In this document: positions 39,101 through 51,100 of the stretch, one piece after another
Layout of the letters: each line of letters begins with the position of its first letter
Numbering within the stretch: the first letter of the stretch is position 1
Assembly: GCA_950097015.1 (NCBI GenBank)
Contig: CATNEN010000002.1
Location: 6,572,001-6,636,000, forward strand
DNA from: Macrostomum hystrix
Taxonomy: Eukaryota; Animalia; Platyhelminthes
Direction of reading: 5' to 3'
DNA length: 64,000 nt
Notes under the pieces: model-generated
The model's input: the letters and a program-made list of their open reading frames with translations, nothing else
The model's database searches: none
Told to the model about the DNA's origin: nothing
Made by a program: the position numbers and the translations under genes

Positions 39101-42100
39101 ACTTCACAGTCCACCAGACACTTCACAGTCCACCAGACACTTCACAGTCCGCCAGAAAATTCACAGTCCATACACTTCACAGTCCACCAGAAAATTCACA
39201 GTCCATACACTTCACAGTCCACCAGACACTTCACAGTCCACCAGACACTTCACAGTCCACCAGACACTTCACAGTCCACCAGAAAATTCACAGTCCATAC
39301 ACTTCACAGTCCACCAGACACTTCACAGTCCACCAGAAAATTCACAGTCCATACACTTCACAGTCCACCAGAAAATTCACAGTCCATGCACTTCACAGTC
39401 CACCAGAAAATTGACAGTCCATACACTTCACAGTCCACCAGACACTTCACAGTCCACCAGACACTTCACAGTCCACCAGACACTTCACAGTCCACCAGAC
39501 ACTTCACAGTCCACCAGAAAATTCACATTCCACCAGACACGTCACAGTCCAGACACTTCACAGTCCAGACGCTTCACAGTCCTGACACTTCACAGTCCAC
39601 ACACGTCACATTCCACACACTTCACAGTCCACCAGACACTTCACAGTCCAGAGACTTCACAGTACAGACACTTCACAGTCCACACACTTCACAGTCCAGA
39701 TACTTCACAGTACAGATACTTCACAGTCCAGATACTTCACAGTCCAGATACTTCACAGTCCACCAGACAATTCACAGTCCAGACTCGCTCTCACCCAACC
39801 CATCACCCACCAGGAGCTCATTGGCCAGTCCAAGCAAAGCGAACGAGTTGCCAAGCGACACGAAGGTGACATTCTCAAGGACCAGAGAGAGATCCGGGTT
39901 GCGAGGCGAGAGTTTGCCAGGGGTGAGTCGCCAGATGCGGAACGAAAGTGCCGCTTTAAACAGTGTCAGACAGGCTGTGCTGTTCTGTTCCGTTCAACCT
40001 ATAGAAACCAATGGATGAATAAAATTAAATTTCTGACTGATAAATCATTGCTATACGACGTATCTATATCGATGAGGCAAAAATTCTACAAATTTGTTTT
40101 CTATCACCAGAGAACGACAAGCAGCAGCAGCTGGAGAATCAGAGGCTCAGCAAAAGCATGGAGCGGTACACTGAAATCAAACGCGATCATCAGCATCGCA
40201 AAGCTACCGTGAGTGCCTGCGATGCCAGATAAACAATCTGTAATTTGCCAGCAATCGACTGATGTAGGGGGTGAGAGGCAGGTGAGTGCCTGCGATGCCA
40301 GATAAACAATCTGTAATTTATCAGCAATCGACTGATGTAGGGGGTGAGTGGCAGGTGAGTGCCTGCGATGCCAGATAAACAATCTGTAATTTATCAGCAA
40401 TCGACTGATGTAGGGGGTGAGTGGCAGGTGAGTGCCTGCGATGCCAGATAAACAATCTGTAATTTATCAGCAATCGACTGATGTAGGGGGTGAGAGGCAG
40501 GTGAGTGCCTGCGATGCCAGATAAACAATCTGTAATTTATCAGCAATCGACTGATGTAGGGGGTGAGTGGCAGGTGAGTGCCTGCGATGCCAGATAAACA
40601 ATCTGTAATTTATCAGCAATCGACTGATGTAGGGGCGTGAGTGGCAGGTGAGTGCCTGCGATGCCAGATAAACAATCTGTAATTTATCAGCAATCGACTG
40701 ATGTAGGGGGTGAGAGGCAGGTGAGTGCCTGCGATGCCAGATAAACAATCTGTAATTTACCAGCAATCGACTGATGTAGGTGGTGAGTGGCAGGTGAGTG
40801 CCTGCGATGCCAGATAAACAATCTGTAATTTATCAGCAATCGACTGATGTAGGGGGTGAGTGGCAGGTGAGTGCCTGCGATGCCAGATAAACAATCTGTA
40901 ATTTGCCAGCAATCGACTGATGTAGGGGGTGAGAGGCAGGTGAGTGCCTGCGATGCCAGATAAACAATCTGTAATTTATCAGCAATCGACTGATGTAGGG
41001 GGTGAGTGGCAGGTGAGTGCCTGCGATGCCAGATAAACAATCTGTAATTTGCCAGCAATCGACTGATGTAGGGGGTGAGTGGCAGGTGAGTGCCTGCGAT
41101 GCCAGATAAACAATCTGTAATTTATCAGCAATCGACTGATGTAGGGGGTGAGTGGCAGGTGAGTGCCTGCGATGCCAGATAAACAATCTGTAATTTATCA
41201 GCAATCGACTGATGTAGGGGGTGAGTGGCAGGTGAGTGCCTGCGATGCCAGATAAACAATCTGTAATTTATCAGCAATCGACTGATGTAGGGGGTGAGAG
41301 GCAGGTGAGTGCCTGCGATGCCAGATAAACAATCTGTAATTTATCAGCAATCGACTGATGTAGGGGGTGAGTGGCAGGTGAGTGCCTGCGATGCCAGATA
41401 AACAATCTGTAATTTATCAGCAATCGACTGATGTAGGGGGTGAGTGGCAGGTGAGTGCCTGCGATGCCAGATAAACAATCTGTAATTTATCAGCAATCGA
41501 CTGATGTAGGGGGTGAGTGGCAGGTGAGTGCCTGCGATGCCAGATAAACAATCTGTAATTTATCAGCAATCGACTGATGTAGGGGGTGAGAGGCAGGTGA
41601 GTGCCTGCGATGCCAGATAAACAATCTGTAATTTATCAGCAATCGACTGATGTAGGGGGTGAGTGGCAGGTGAGTGCCTGCGATGCCAGATAAACAATCT
41701 GTAATTTATCAGCAATCGACTGATGTAGGGGCGTGAGTGGCAGGTGAGTGCCTGCGATGCCAGATAAACAATCTGTAATTTATCAGCAATCGACTGATGT
41801 AGGGGGTGAGAGGCAGGTGAGTGCCTGCGATGCCAGATAAACAATCTGTAATTTACCAGCAATCGACTGATGTAGGTGGTGAGTGGCAGGTGAGTGCCTG
41901 CGATGCCAGATAAACAATCTGTAATTTATCAGCAATCGACTGATGTAGGGGGTGAGAGGCAGGTGAGTGCCTGCGATGCCAGATAAACAATCTGTAATTT
42001 ATCAGCAATCGACTGATGTAGGGGGGTGAGTGGCAGGTGAGTGCCTGCGATGCCAGATAAACAATCTGTAATTTACCAGCAATCGACTGATGTAGGTGGT

Positions 42101-45100
42101 GAGTGGCAGGTGAGTGCCTGCGATGCCAGATAAACAATCTGTAATTTATCAGCAATCGACTGATGTAGGGGGTGAGAGGCAGGTGAGTGCCTGCGATGCC
42201 AGATAAACAATCTGTAATTTATCAGCAATCGACTGATGTAGGGGGGTGAGTGGCAGGTGAGTGCCTGCGATGCCAGATAAACAATCTGTAATTTACCAGC
42301 AATCGACTGATGTAGGTGGTGAGTGGCAGGTGAGTGCCTGCGATGCCAGATAAACAATCTGTAATTTATCAGCAATCGACTGATGTAGGGGGTGAGAGGC
42401 AGGTGAGTGCCTGCGATGCCAGATAAACAATCTGTAATTTATCAGCAATCGACTGATGTAGGGGGGTGAGTGGCAGGTGAGTGCCTGCGATGCCAGATAA
42501 ACAATCTGTAATTTATCAGCAATCGACTGATGTAGGGGGTGAGAAGCAGGTGAGTGCCTGCGATGCCAGATAAACAATCTGTAATTTATCAGCAATCGAC
42601 TGATGTAGGGGGGTGAGAGGCAGAGCGGTTAACGCGTTTGCCTCTCGTACCAAGGTCCCTGAGCTCGATTCCGCGGCGAGGCCACATTCATTTGGGTTGC
42701 AGCCGCGAAGAGAAGGCTTGGAAGCTTGTGAGAGTGTACACTGCCTGACGATGAGAAAATCATGGCTGATGTACACACCTGTGTGAGCGTGTGCCTGCGT
42801 ACAGCATCTTATGAGAACTTTTCCAAACCTCAGAGACTTCCATGAGTGTGCCTGAAGTTACCAACAGTTACATAATAAAAATACCTAAAACTTTCAGTTG
42901 GTTCACCAGAGAATGCACGAAGCTCTTCAACAAAGAGAAGAGGATCTTAGTTCAGGCAGGAAGACCATGAATAAAAGGTGAGACATGTCTTGATTTTGAC
43001 AATTAACATTAGACAGACAACGCTAATTTCTCCCTCGGGAGAGACCACAGGGAAATTTCAAATACTCACTGCCTAATTTGCGATAAACTAATTAAAAATT
43101 AAAAATTAAAAGCCGACATGATTCCATGATGAAATTTTGTGGGTAGAAAAAATATGTTAAAATTGAAGCGTTTTACCGCCAGACATCCTGACGAGAACCG
43201 TTTAACAGTAGAACTACCAAGCACCCGAACGGAACAACGCAAGAACACGAAACTCAATAATACAGGTTAACTTTTTGTTGCCGCCCATCTTCTGAAACAA
43301 TAATCAAGCTCTTCAGACCGTCGAGATATTCAATGTTTCTGGACGAAGGTCATGCACCCCTATACACAAATTAGCACTGCGCCTCAGTGCGGCCTTGCCA
43401 GGCCTTCAAAATTTATCAGCATGTCACCCGAATGTGCCTGCATTATCTCCGTCTTCGGTGGTCAACTTTCTTTATCTAGACAGATTTGCTGGACCTTCAA
43501 GGGCAACAACAGGGGAAACCCCTGTAGTGTTTCTTTCATTTCTGAAATCTAAGTTTAAATCTAATCTAATCTAAATCTAAGAAATCTAAATCTAAATGCT
43601 TAGAGTATAGATATGAAAACTCTAATTATGTCATCACGTCATTCACGTGCTCACCTCTTGTTCGTCTTTTCGAGCAAGCTTTGCCCAGTACTTTCCTGGT
43701 GCTGTTTGCTAAACTGCTAAAGTAAATACCGAGAAAAAACTATAAAATGAAAGAAAGCAATGACAAGCTAAAACAAAATACAAAATAGGTTAAGTCAACG
43801 TCAGCTTTGCAGACATACTTTTAGCCGACCTGCTGAATAATTCTCACCAACGTCCAGAGTTGTTTAGTATAGTTAGTTACTAAACTAAGATATGCATTCT
43901 GATATTTACTGTACCTCGAGTCGCATGTACTTTGCCTGTCGTGACTACCTGACTCTTTTGAAAGTAGCCAAAAGCTACTTCAGAGTGCCGCACAGAACCA
44001 GTTTCATTTGCTCGTTGGTTGTACCCGAGTTTCTCAAATGAGCAGCTTTCTTCAGACCTTTTTCGCATTCAAATTAGACGCTGCAGTTATTCCGTTAAAA
44101 AGAGCTTCACAGAGTTGTAAATAAGAAACTTGAGGCTTTCGCTTTTTCGGCTCAATCTTCTGTCTCATATTTGGCCCCTCATTGTGCGACTCTGCCAGCG
44201 ATTTGTCAGAAGCGTGAGCGACTGCTCAGGAAAAGCCTGGGATCAACAAGTACTCCAATCTCTGCCTATTTCACCTACCATGTAACTTGGAGCATTCCGT
44301 TGCAAATGCCCTCACGTCTGAGTTTAAGAAAACAAGAGAAGATGGACCGGTGGGAGGTTATTGCTCGCCGCTGCTGGTTTGTCAACTTGCCATTGTTTTG
44401 CTCTTTTTTCTCACCGCAACGCGTATAAAATGGATTGCACCGAGCGAAGATGCACAAATGAATATTGCTAAGTTTCTCTTCCGCTGGATTCAAATCCACT
44501 TGCAACGATGATCTGTTTTGTATTTAACTTGCTGCTGCTGCTGCCAGCTGCTCAACCAGCTCCCGCCTATGACTACGAGACCAATGACCCGTCCAAGTGG
44601 CCCAGCGAGTTTAAAACATGGTGCGGCGATCGCGTCCAGTCTCCAATCAAACTGGAGATCGGAGCGTCAACCTACGACACGGACATGCCGGCCTACACCA
44701 TCACGGAGGACAGTCTGACCGGTGTGAAGTACATGGCCTTCAACGATGGTCACAAGATCTCCATCGCGTTCGCACCCACAGCACCGAACATCTCGGTGCC
44801 CGGACATCCGGGCAGCTGCTTTCGACCACATTCGGTCCACTGGCACTGGGGCGCTGATGACACCATGGGCTCCGAGCACTGGATCGAAGGCAGGCGCTTC
44901 CCAATGGAAGGCCACTTGGTCTCATGGAACTGCCAGTTCTACTCCAGCTTCAGTGACGCCCTGGACGGCTTTGGAGGTCTGGCAGTTTTGGGAACTGCCT
45001 ATGAAGTTGACAGCTCGGTGACCTCCTACGGCTCCGGCCTCGCAAACCTCGTGTCGATGCTGGCCACCGACCCTCGACTGCAGCAGTGCTCCGACTGCAA

Positions 45101-48100
45101 GAACGAGAGCTTCGTGCCGCCGATGGTTCCGATGAACGCTTTTCCGATTGTCGACCTTCTGCCGTCCGACCGGTCACAGTACTACCTGTACAGCGGCTCC
45201 CTGACAACGCCCGACTGTCGCGAGAATGTCATGTGGACCGTGTACCGTCAGTCCGTGAAGATTCCACCGTCGGTGCTCGCCACTCTGCGCAGCTTGAAGT
45301 ACCCGGACGGCTCCGCCATGGTGAGCAACTTCCGACCGCCTGTGCCGCTGAATCCGGCAGATCCGTTCGGAGCGCGCCGAATGGTAGTCCGGTCCTTCAA
45401 CACTGGAGGCTCAGTTTTGCTGCCCAGCGCTGCCAGCTGGCTGCGGGCGAACTCCTGGAACAGCTGGGCACTGAGCCTGGCTGCCGTGATTGCTCTGAGC
45501 ATCGGTGCGGATCGTTAATCCGAGTTATATGTTTCAGGAGCAAGAGAAAATTTTTGTCTTTTCGAAGACTTTCCTGAAGACATTGGTGTGTCTCCTGAAT
45601 GAGAATGTAATTTTAATATTATAATCCTATGTTACCTATCAGTTTCCCCCATAGAATTGTAAGTGAGCCTTGAGGCCAGCCCAGGCTTTCAAAGCAGTGT
45701 AATTCGATGTGTCATCGCCTTGATCGATCAGACCCCTCAAAAACACCCACCCCACCTCCGCTTTCCATTGTTCTGCTTCAATCAAGCGTGACGGAAGCTT
45801 AACCTTTAAATGTCTTATTTATTTGCGCGAATCCTTTCGTACGTTTCCACAATGCAACATAATTATTTTATCTCCTCGATGTTTATTTAGATACGAGCTC
45901 GTAATTAATAAGCATAATTCATGAGCCATTGCTCTAGTATTTTGTAATATCACCCGCCCCACCTCCCTCTAAGCTTACTGTACAACGTCGGGCCAATCAG
46001 AGCGCGGCAGAGCTCGGTAGTACACTTCGCAGGGTCAAGGCTGGGCCAACGGAGGCTTTCCGTCACGGTTCATGCGCGTGATGCGTGACTTCTGACCTGT
46101 ATAATCTCGTCGTTTTTCCTCCCAGAAATCAGACGTTCTGACATCTTCGGACGTGCTTGTCCTGTTTCGTCCGACAATTCAGCAACTCTGGATTCCCTAT
46201 CCCCCACTAGATCCCCTGCTACTCTTTCCCATAAACTACGAGTATCCTATTTCCCCTTCCCAAAAGTTATCCCTTTTTTCGAGCCCCAGAGTCGTCGGTC
46301 GAACAACGACGAGTAGAGCGACGTCGGTAGAGCAACGACGGTCGACCTTGCGCCCAGCCGCCTGACCCTGCAGTACAGCCGAGTCCAGCTGCTTCTGGTC
46401 GAGCTCGACTCAACATATTTGCCATTTTGCTTTTGACTGGATTAGGCAGCACTATTTCCCGCCTCATTTTCCATCAGAATAAATCATTGCGGGTCGCCGA
46501 ATCGTTAAAGCCAATATGAGCTATTTTCTTAGTTTTCCCCTGCTCATTGTAAAACGATTGCAATGTCAAAAAGCGTGCACTAAATTCTTATAAAATACGA
46601 TTGCTTATTTAATCGTTAAAAATTGTTCTATTCTGAGCCGGGAATGTGTTGTCTATGGTAATTTTTGGTGAGATTATTTGACAAAAACTAGGATATTTTA
46701 TCATATAATCTCCTCGAAATAAGGAGCATTATACCACTGACTGACTGGCTGCTTCGTGACTGTATCTTCGTGAGAAATTTATTTTTTTGTCTATGGTCGG
46801 AATCAAATGGTCAAAACCTATATGTCTAATCAATCAGATGGGATGCCCCCAAAAAATGAACAATCGAATTTCATATATGATAAACGCGTTTAATTCATCA
46901 TAGTCTATGGTTAGAATATCCGAGGCTGCAATCAATGGTCCTCGGCTCGCTACGCTCGCCTCGAGACCATTAAACGCAGCCTCGGACATTCTAACCACAG
47001 AATGTGAATTAAACGGCGTTTATTATATACTTAACCAATTAGGGACCGCGGGACGTTTAATGCAAGCTTTTAATGCATAGTCTATGGTCGAGACTCAGGA
47101 ATTGAAAATCGTTTTACAATATTATTGACATACTTTTGACAAGCTAAGTGGGAATTTAGACATCCTCCCATATCGCCCATAAGTACTAGCAAAATGCCAG
47201 CCGCCGCGAGAGAGTTCAAGCCATAGACCATCCGCCGAAAAGCCTGGAGCAGCTGAGCTCCCATGCAGCAGCTTTGCCCGGGGTGATGACATCCGGGATC
47301 ACTTGCCTCGCCAGTCTTTCCAGAATCATGAACTCGGCGTACTATCTCCGAGCTTGAATGTTGGCTTCGCTGTTTGTCGCTAATCTCATGTCCGTTCCTT
47401 TCGTTGCCAGCCTGACAGTGTACAGTATGCCGTGCGGCATTCTGTACACGCTCTTGTAGCTGACTCGAGGCTTCTCGGAAAATAACTCTTCCAGTGTGCC
47501 ATCACGCGTAGCGTCAGAAACGGGTTCTGCTCTACCCTCGTGAGCAGATAAGCTCGCATTTCCTGATAAGACAGTGCAGCTCGCATCTTTCCGACCACCG
47601 CGGGGCAGTGATTCGACTCTTCCTCAATTGTTGTCTGAACGTCGCAGCGATTCGGTAGGCAGTTGATACGGAGAGTTGTAAAACTCTTGCCGCCTCTTGC
47701 ACTGACGAGCCTTGCTCTATGGCTTGCGCCAATCTTCTCCGATCGATGGTTGAAACGGGGAGAGCCATTTGAAAAATGGAGAAAACACGGAGAAAGTGGG
47801 GTTCGGGGTTCCAAGCGAAGGATTCTCATTTAGCTTGGCTTTTTATCGTTTTGCTTGTCAAAATTTTCTATGGTTCAAGCCAAGATAAGCAGAAAACCCC
47901 TCGACCACTTAATAGTAGTCTATGGGCGATTCTCGTTTAGGGCGTCTAAATTCTCTCTTAGCTTGTCAAAAGCAATACTCAATACTTGGTTTTCTTGCTT
48001 AAATGTCTATGGACTTCGCGCACTCGTGCCAATACATTTAAGCACTCAAAAGCAAGTATTGAATCCTATATTTAAGCATGCAAGCTAGTGAGTAGAAGGC

Positions 48101-51100
48101 GCATGTCACTACAACTTGAGATAAGCTTGTTGTCAGAATAAATACACTCAGCAACATTGAAAAGTTTCCACCCTAGCGCACGATGGGTCAACGTTTTGGT
48201 AGGTGGAGATATTTGTGGTTTGAGCCATAGACAAATATAAAATCCGGATTCGAACGAAGCAAACGAACAGCAAAGAAAGTACGCGAGCATCTGGTGCCAA
48301 CTGGCCCAGAACAGGGTCAGTAACGCGTACAGCAGCCACGTGCGTGCAGCAGAGCGCACACTCTCCGGGCATACCCACAACCAGGCGTCGCAGAAAATCT
48401 TGCGGTAGCTGTTGCCATGCAGTAGACAGTGATTCGCGGTAGACAGTGATTCCGAAGTAGTCAGTCCATCAGATGCACCACAACGGCTGCGCGATGCGGT
48501 GGGGCGTTGTCGTCTTGGAGGACGCTGTTCCCCACGCCACCACATGAAGCATCAATGAAGGGCAGCAGCGTCTGTAGAAGGTTGGCTTGGCAAAAAAATT
48601 GGCAAATATGACTCGGCAGTCACAGTCGCATCCAGGAACACAAGCTCCGTCTTTGCGTGCATTGTGATGCCTGCCCACACGTGAATAGAAGCTGACTGGC
48701 TCTCTGAGTTTTGCACGTGCTGCGGCAGCATCTCCTGGCGTGGCTGGCGCCACACGCGAATGCGGCCGTCGGCACGGAACAATCGAAAGCGGTTCTCATC
48801 CGCGAAAATCACTCGCCGCCACTGCTGCTGCCTCCACTGGACCCTTTGCATTGCCCATTGTTGCCGGCTGGCCACATGGGTTGGGGTCAGGCGTGGCCGT
48901 TTGCGCATCTTACGGGATCAGAGCCCCGACTCCCGCTATTGTCGTCGGATGGTTTGGGCGCTCAGAAATCCCCTCGCCTGCTTCTTTCAGCCCACATCAG
49001 CCGTAGCAGGGTGGCTGGCAATGTGGGGCTTCCATTCGACATTCGCAGCAATCGCCGGTCCGCCCTCCTAGTTGTACTGCGCAAATTGAGCCGCCGGCCG
49101 GCTAGCGCCACGCTGCCAGTTTCTCTGCACTTGATCTGCAGTTTGCGGATTGCTGTGCGAGACCGCCCAATTTGGCGAGTAATAGCTCGGATGGACACCC
49201 CAGCGTCCAGCATGCCAACGGCGCGCGCTCGTTCCAGGTCGGTCATTTGGCGAACCATTCCGTTTGGTTGCGAACGTGGATCATAGACTCCTGTAAGCTG
49301 ACTGCTGTCTGCTACATGCGAATGTTTCCTTCGACTTGTCTGGCGTCTATGGCCCAAGTGCGTGTTGACGAAATCATCAATCGTCTATGGCACAAGTCTG
49401 GTGACAAAAACCAGTTTTGAAACTCTAAATATACAACTTGCGCGAGGGTGGAAACTTTTCAATGTTGCTGAGTGTAGTAGAGATAATGTAATAATGCAAC
49501 TCTAATATAAATACGGTACGATAGTACTAATAGCAGTACAGTTTGCACACAGAGCCGCATTCATGAGAGGCTAGGCTTTCACCAACGAAGGGCGGCACAG
49601 ACCTTGTAAAAAGGGATTGAATCTCTATATTTGAACATTATAGCAAATGCCTCATCCCCAGCTAAGGTAGGATCGTGTAAAGTGCAAAAGAACCCCCTAT
49701 TGCTTCCCCTATTGCTTCCAGCATTGACCAGGACACCCAGCAGATCCCCAGCATGGAGTCCCTTTAGCGGCCAATATACTCTCTCTCTGGCCTAAATATT
49801 TGTTATGGCAATCGTGCAAATTATTCCTGAAGTTTTCTAGAAACTTCCCCCGTTTGTTATAATGCGTGAAGTTCATTTGTTTATTCCAGAATCTTCTCGA
49901 CCCATCTTTCGCGTGCGCGCGAGCCATGTATGGTATCTGGAAAGCTCTCCCACTCGCGCTCCCGCCTATAAATAGAAACTGACAGATACGACATGTGACA
50001 GATAAGACATGTGTGAGATAAGACATGTGTGAGATAAGACATGTGTGAGATAAGACATGTGTGAGATAAGACATGTGTGAATTAAGACATGTGTGAGATA
50101 AGACAAGTATGAGATAAGACATGTGTGAGATAAAACATGTGTGAGATAAGACATGTGTGACAGATAAGACATTTGTGACAGATAAGACATGTGTGAGTTA
50201 AGACATGTGTGACAGATACGACATGTGACAGATAAGACATGTGTGAGATAAGACATGTGTGACAGATACGACATGTGACAGATAAGACATGTGTGAGATA
50301 AGACATGTGTGAGATAAGACATGTGTGACAGATAAGACATGTGTGACAGATAAGACATGTGTGACAGATAAGACATTTGTGACAGATAAGACATGTGTGA
50401 GTTAAGACATGTGTGACAGATAAGACATGTGTGAGTTAAGACATGTGTGACAGATAAGACATGTGTGAATTAAGACATGTGTGAGTTAAGACATGTGTGA
50501 GTTAAGACATGTGACAGATAAGACATGTGTGAGATAAGACATGTGTGAGTTAAGACATGTGACAGATACGACATGTGACAGATACGACATGTGACAGATA
50601 AGACATGTGTGAGATAAGACATGTGTGAGATAAGACATGTGTGAGATAAGACATGTGTGAAATAAGACATGTGTGAGATAAGACATGTGTGAATTAAGAC
50701 ATGTGTGAGATAAGACATGTATGAGATAAGACATGTGTGAGATAAGACATGTGTGAGATAAGACATGTGTGAGATAAGACATGTGTGAATTAAGACATGT
50801 GTGAGATAAGACATGTATGAGATAAGACATGTGTGAGATAAGACATGTGTGAGATAAGACATGTGACAGATAAGACATGTGTGAGATAAGACATGTGTGA
50901 ATTAAGACATGTGTGAGATAAGACATGTATGAGATAAGACATGTGTGAGATAAGACATGTGTGAGATAAGACATGTGTGACAGATAAGACATGTGTGACA
51001 GATAAGACATGTGTGAGATAAGACATGTGTGACAGATAAGACATGTGTGACAGATAAGATATGTGTGATTATCTTTAACTATCTTAACTATGTTAACTAT

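Noticed and set aside
40209-42623. CRISPR-like regular array
   Set aside because: Units are contiguous with no unique spacers, there are no cas genes, and the context is a eukaryotic intron.
45955-46470. GC box/CCAAT-rich segment and short ORFs suggesting another gene
   Set aside because: No recognisable protein or consistent splice partners. Left uncalled.
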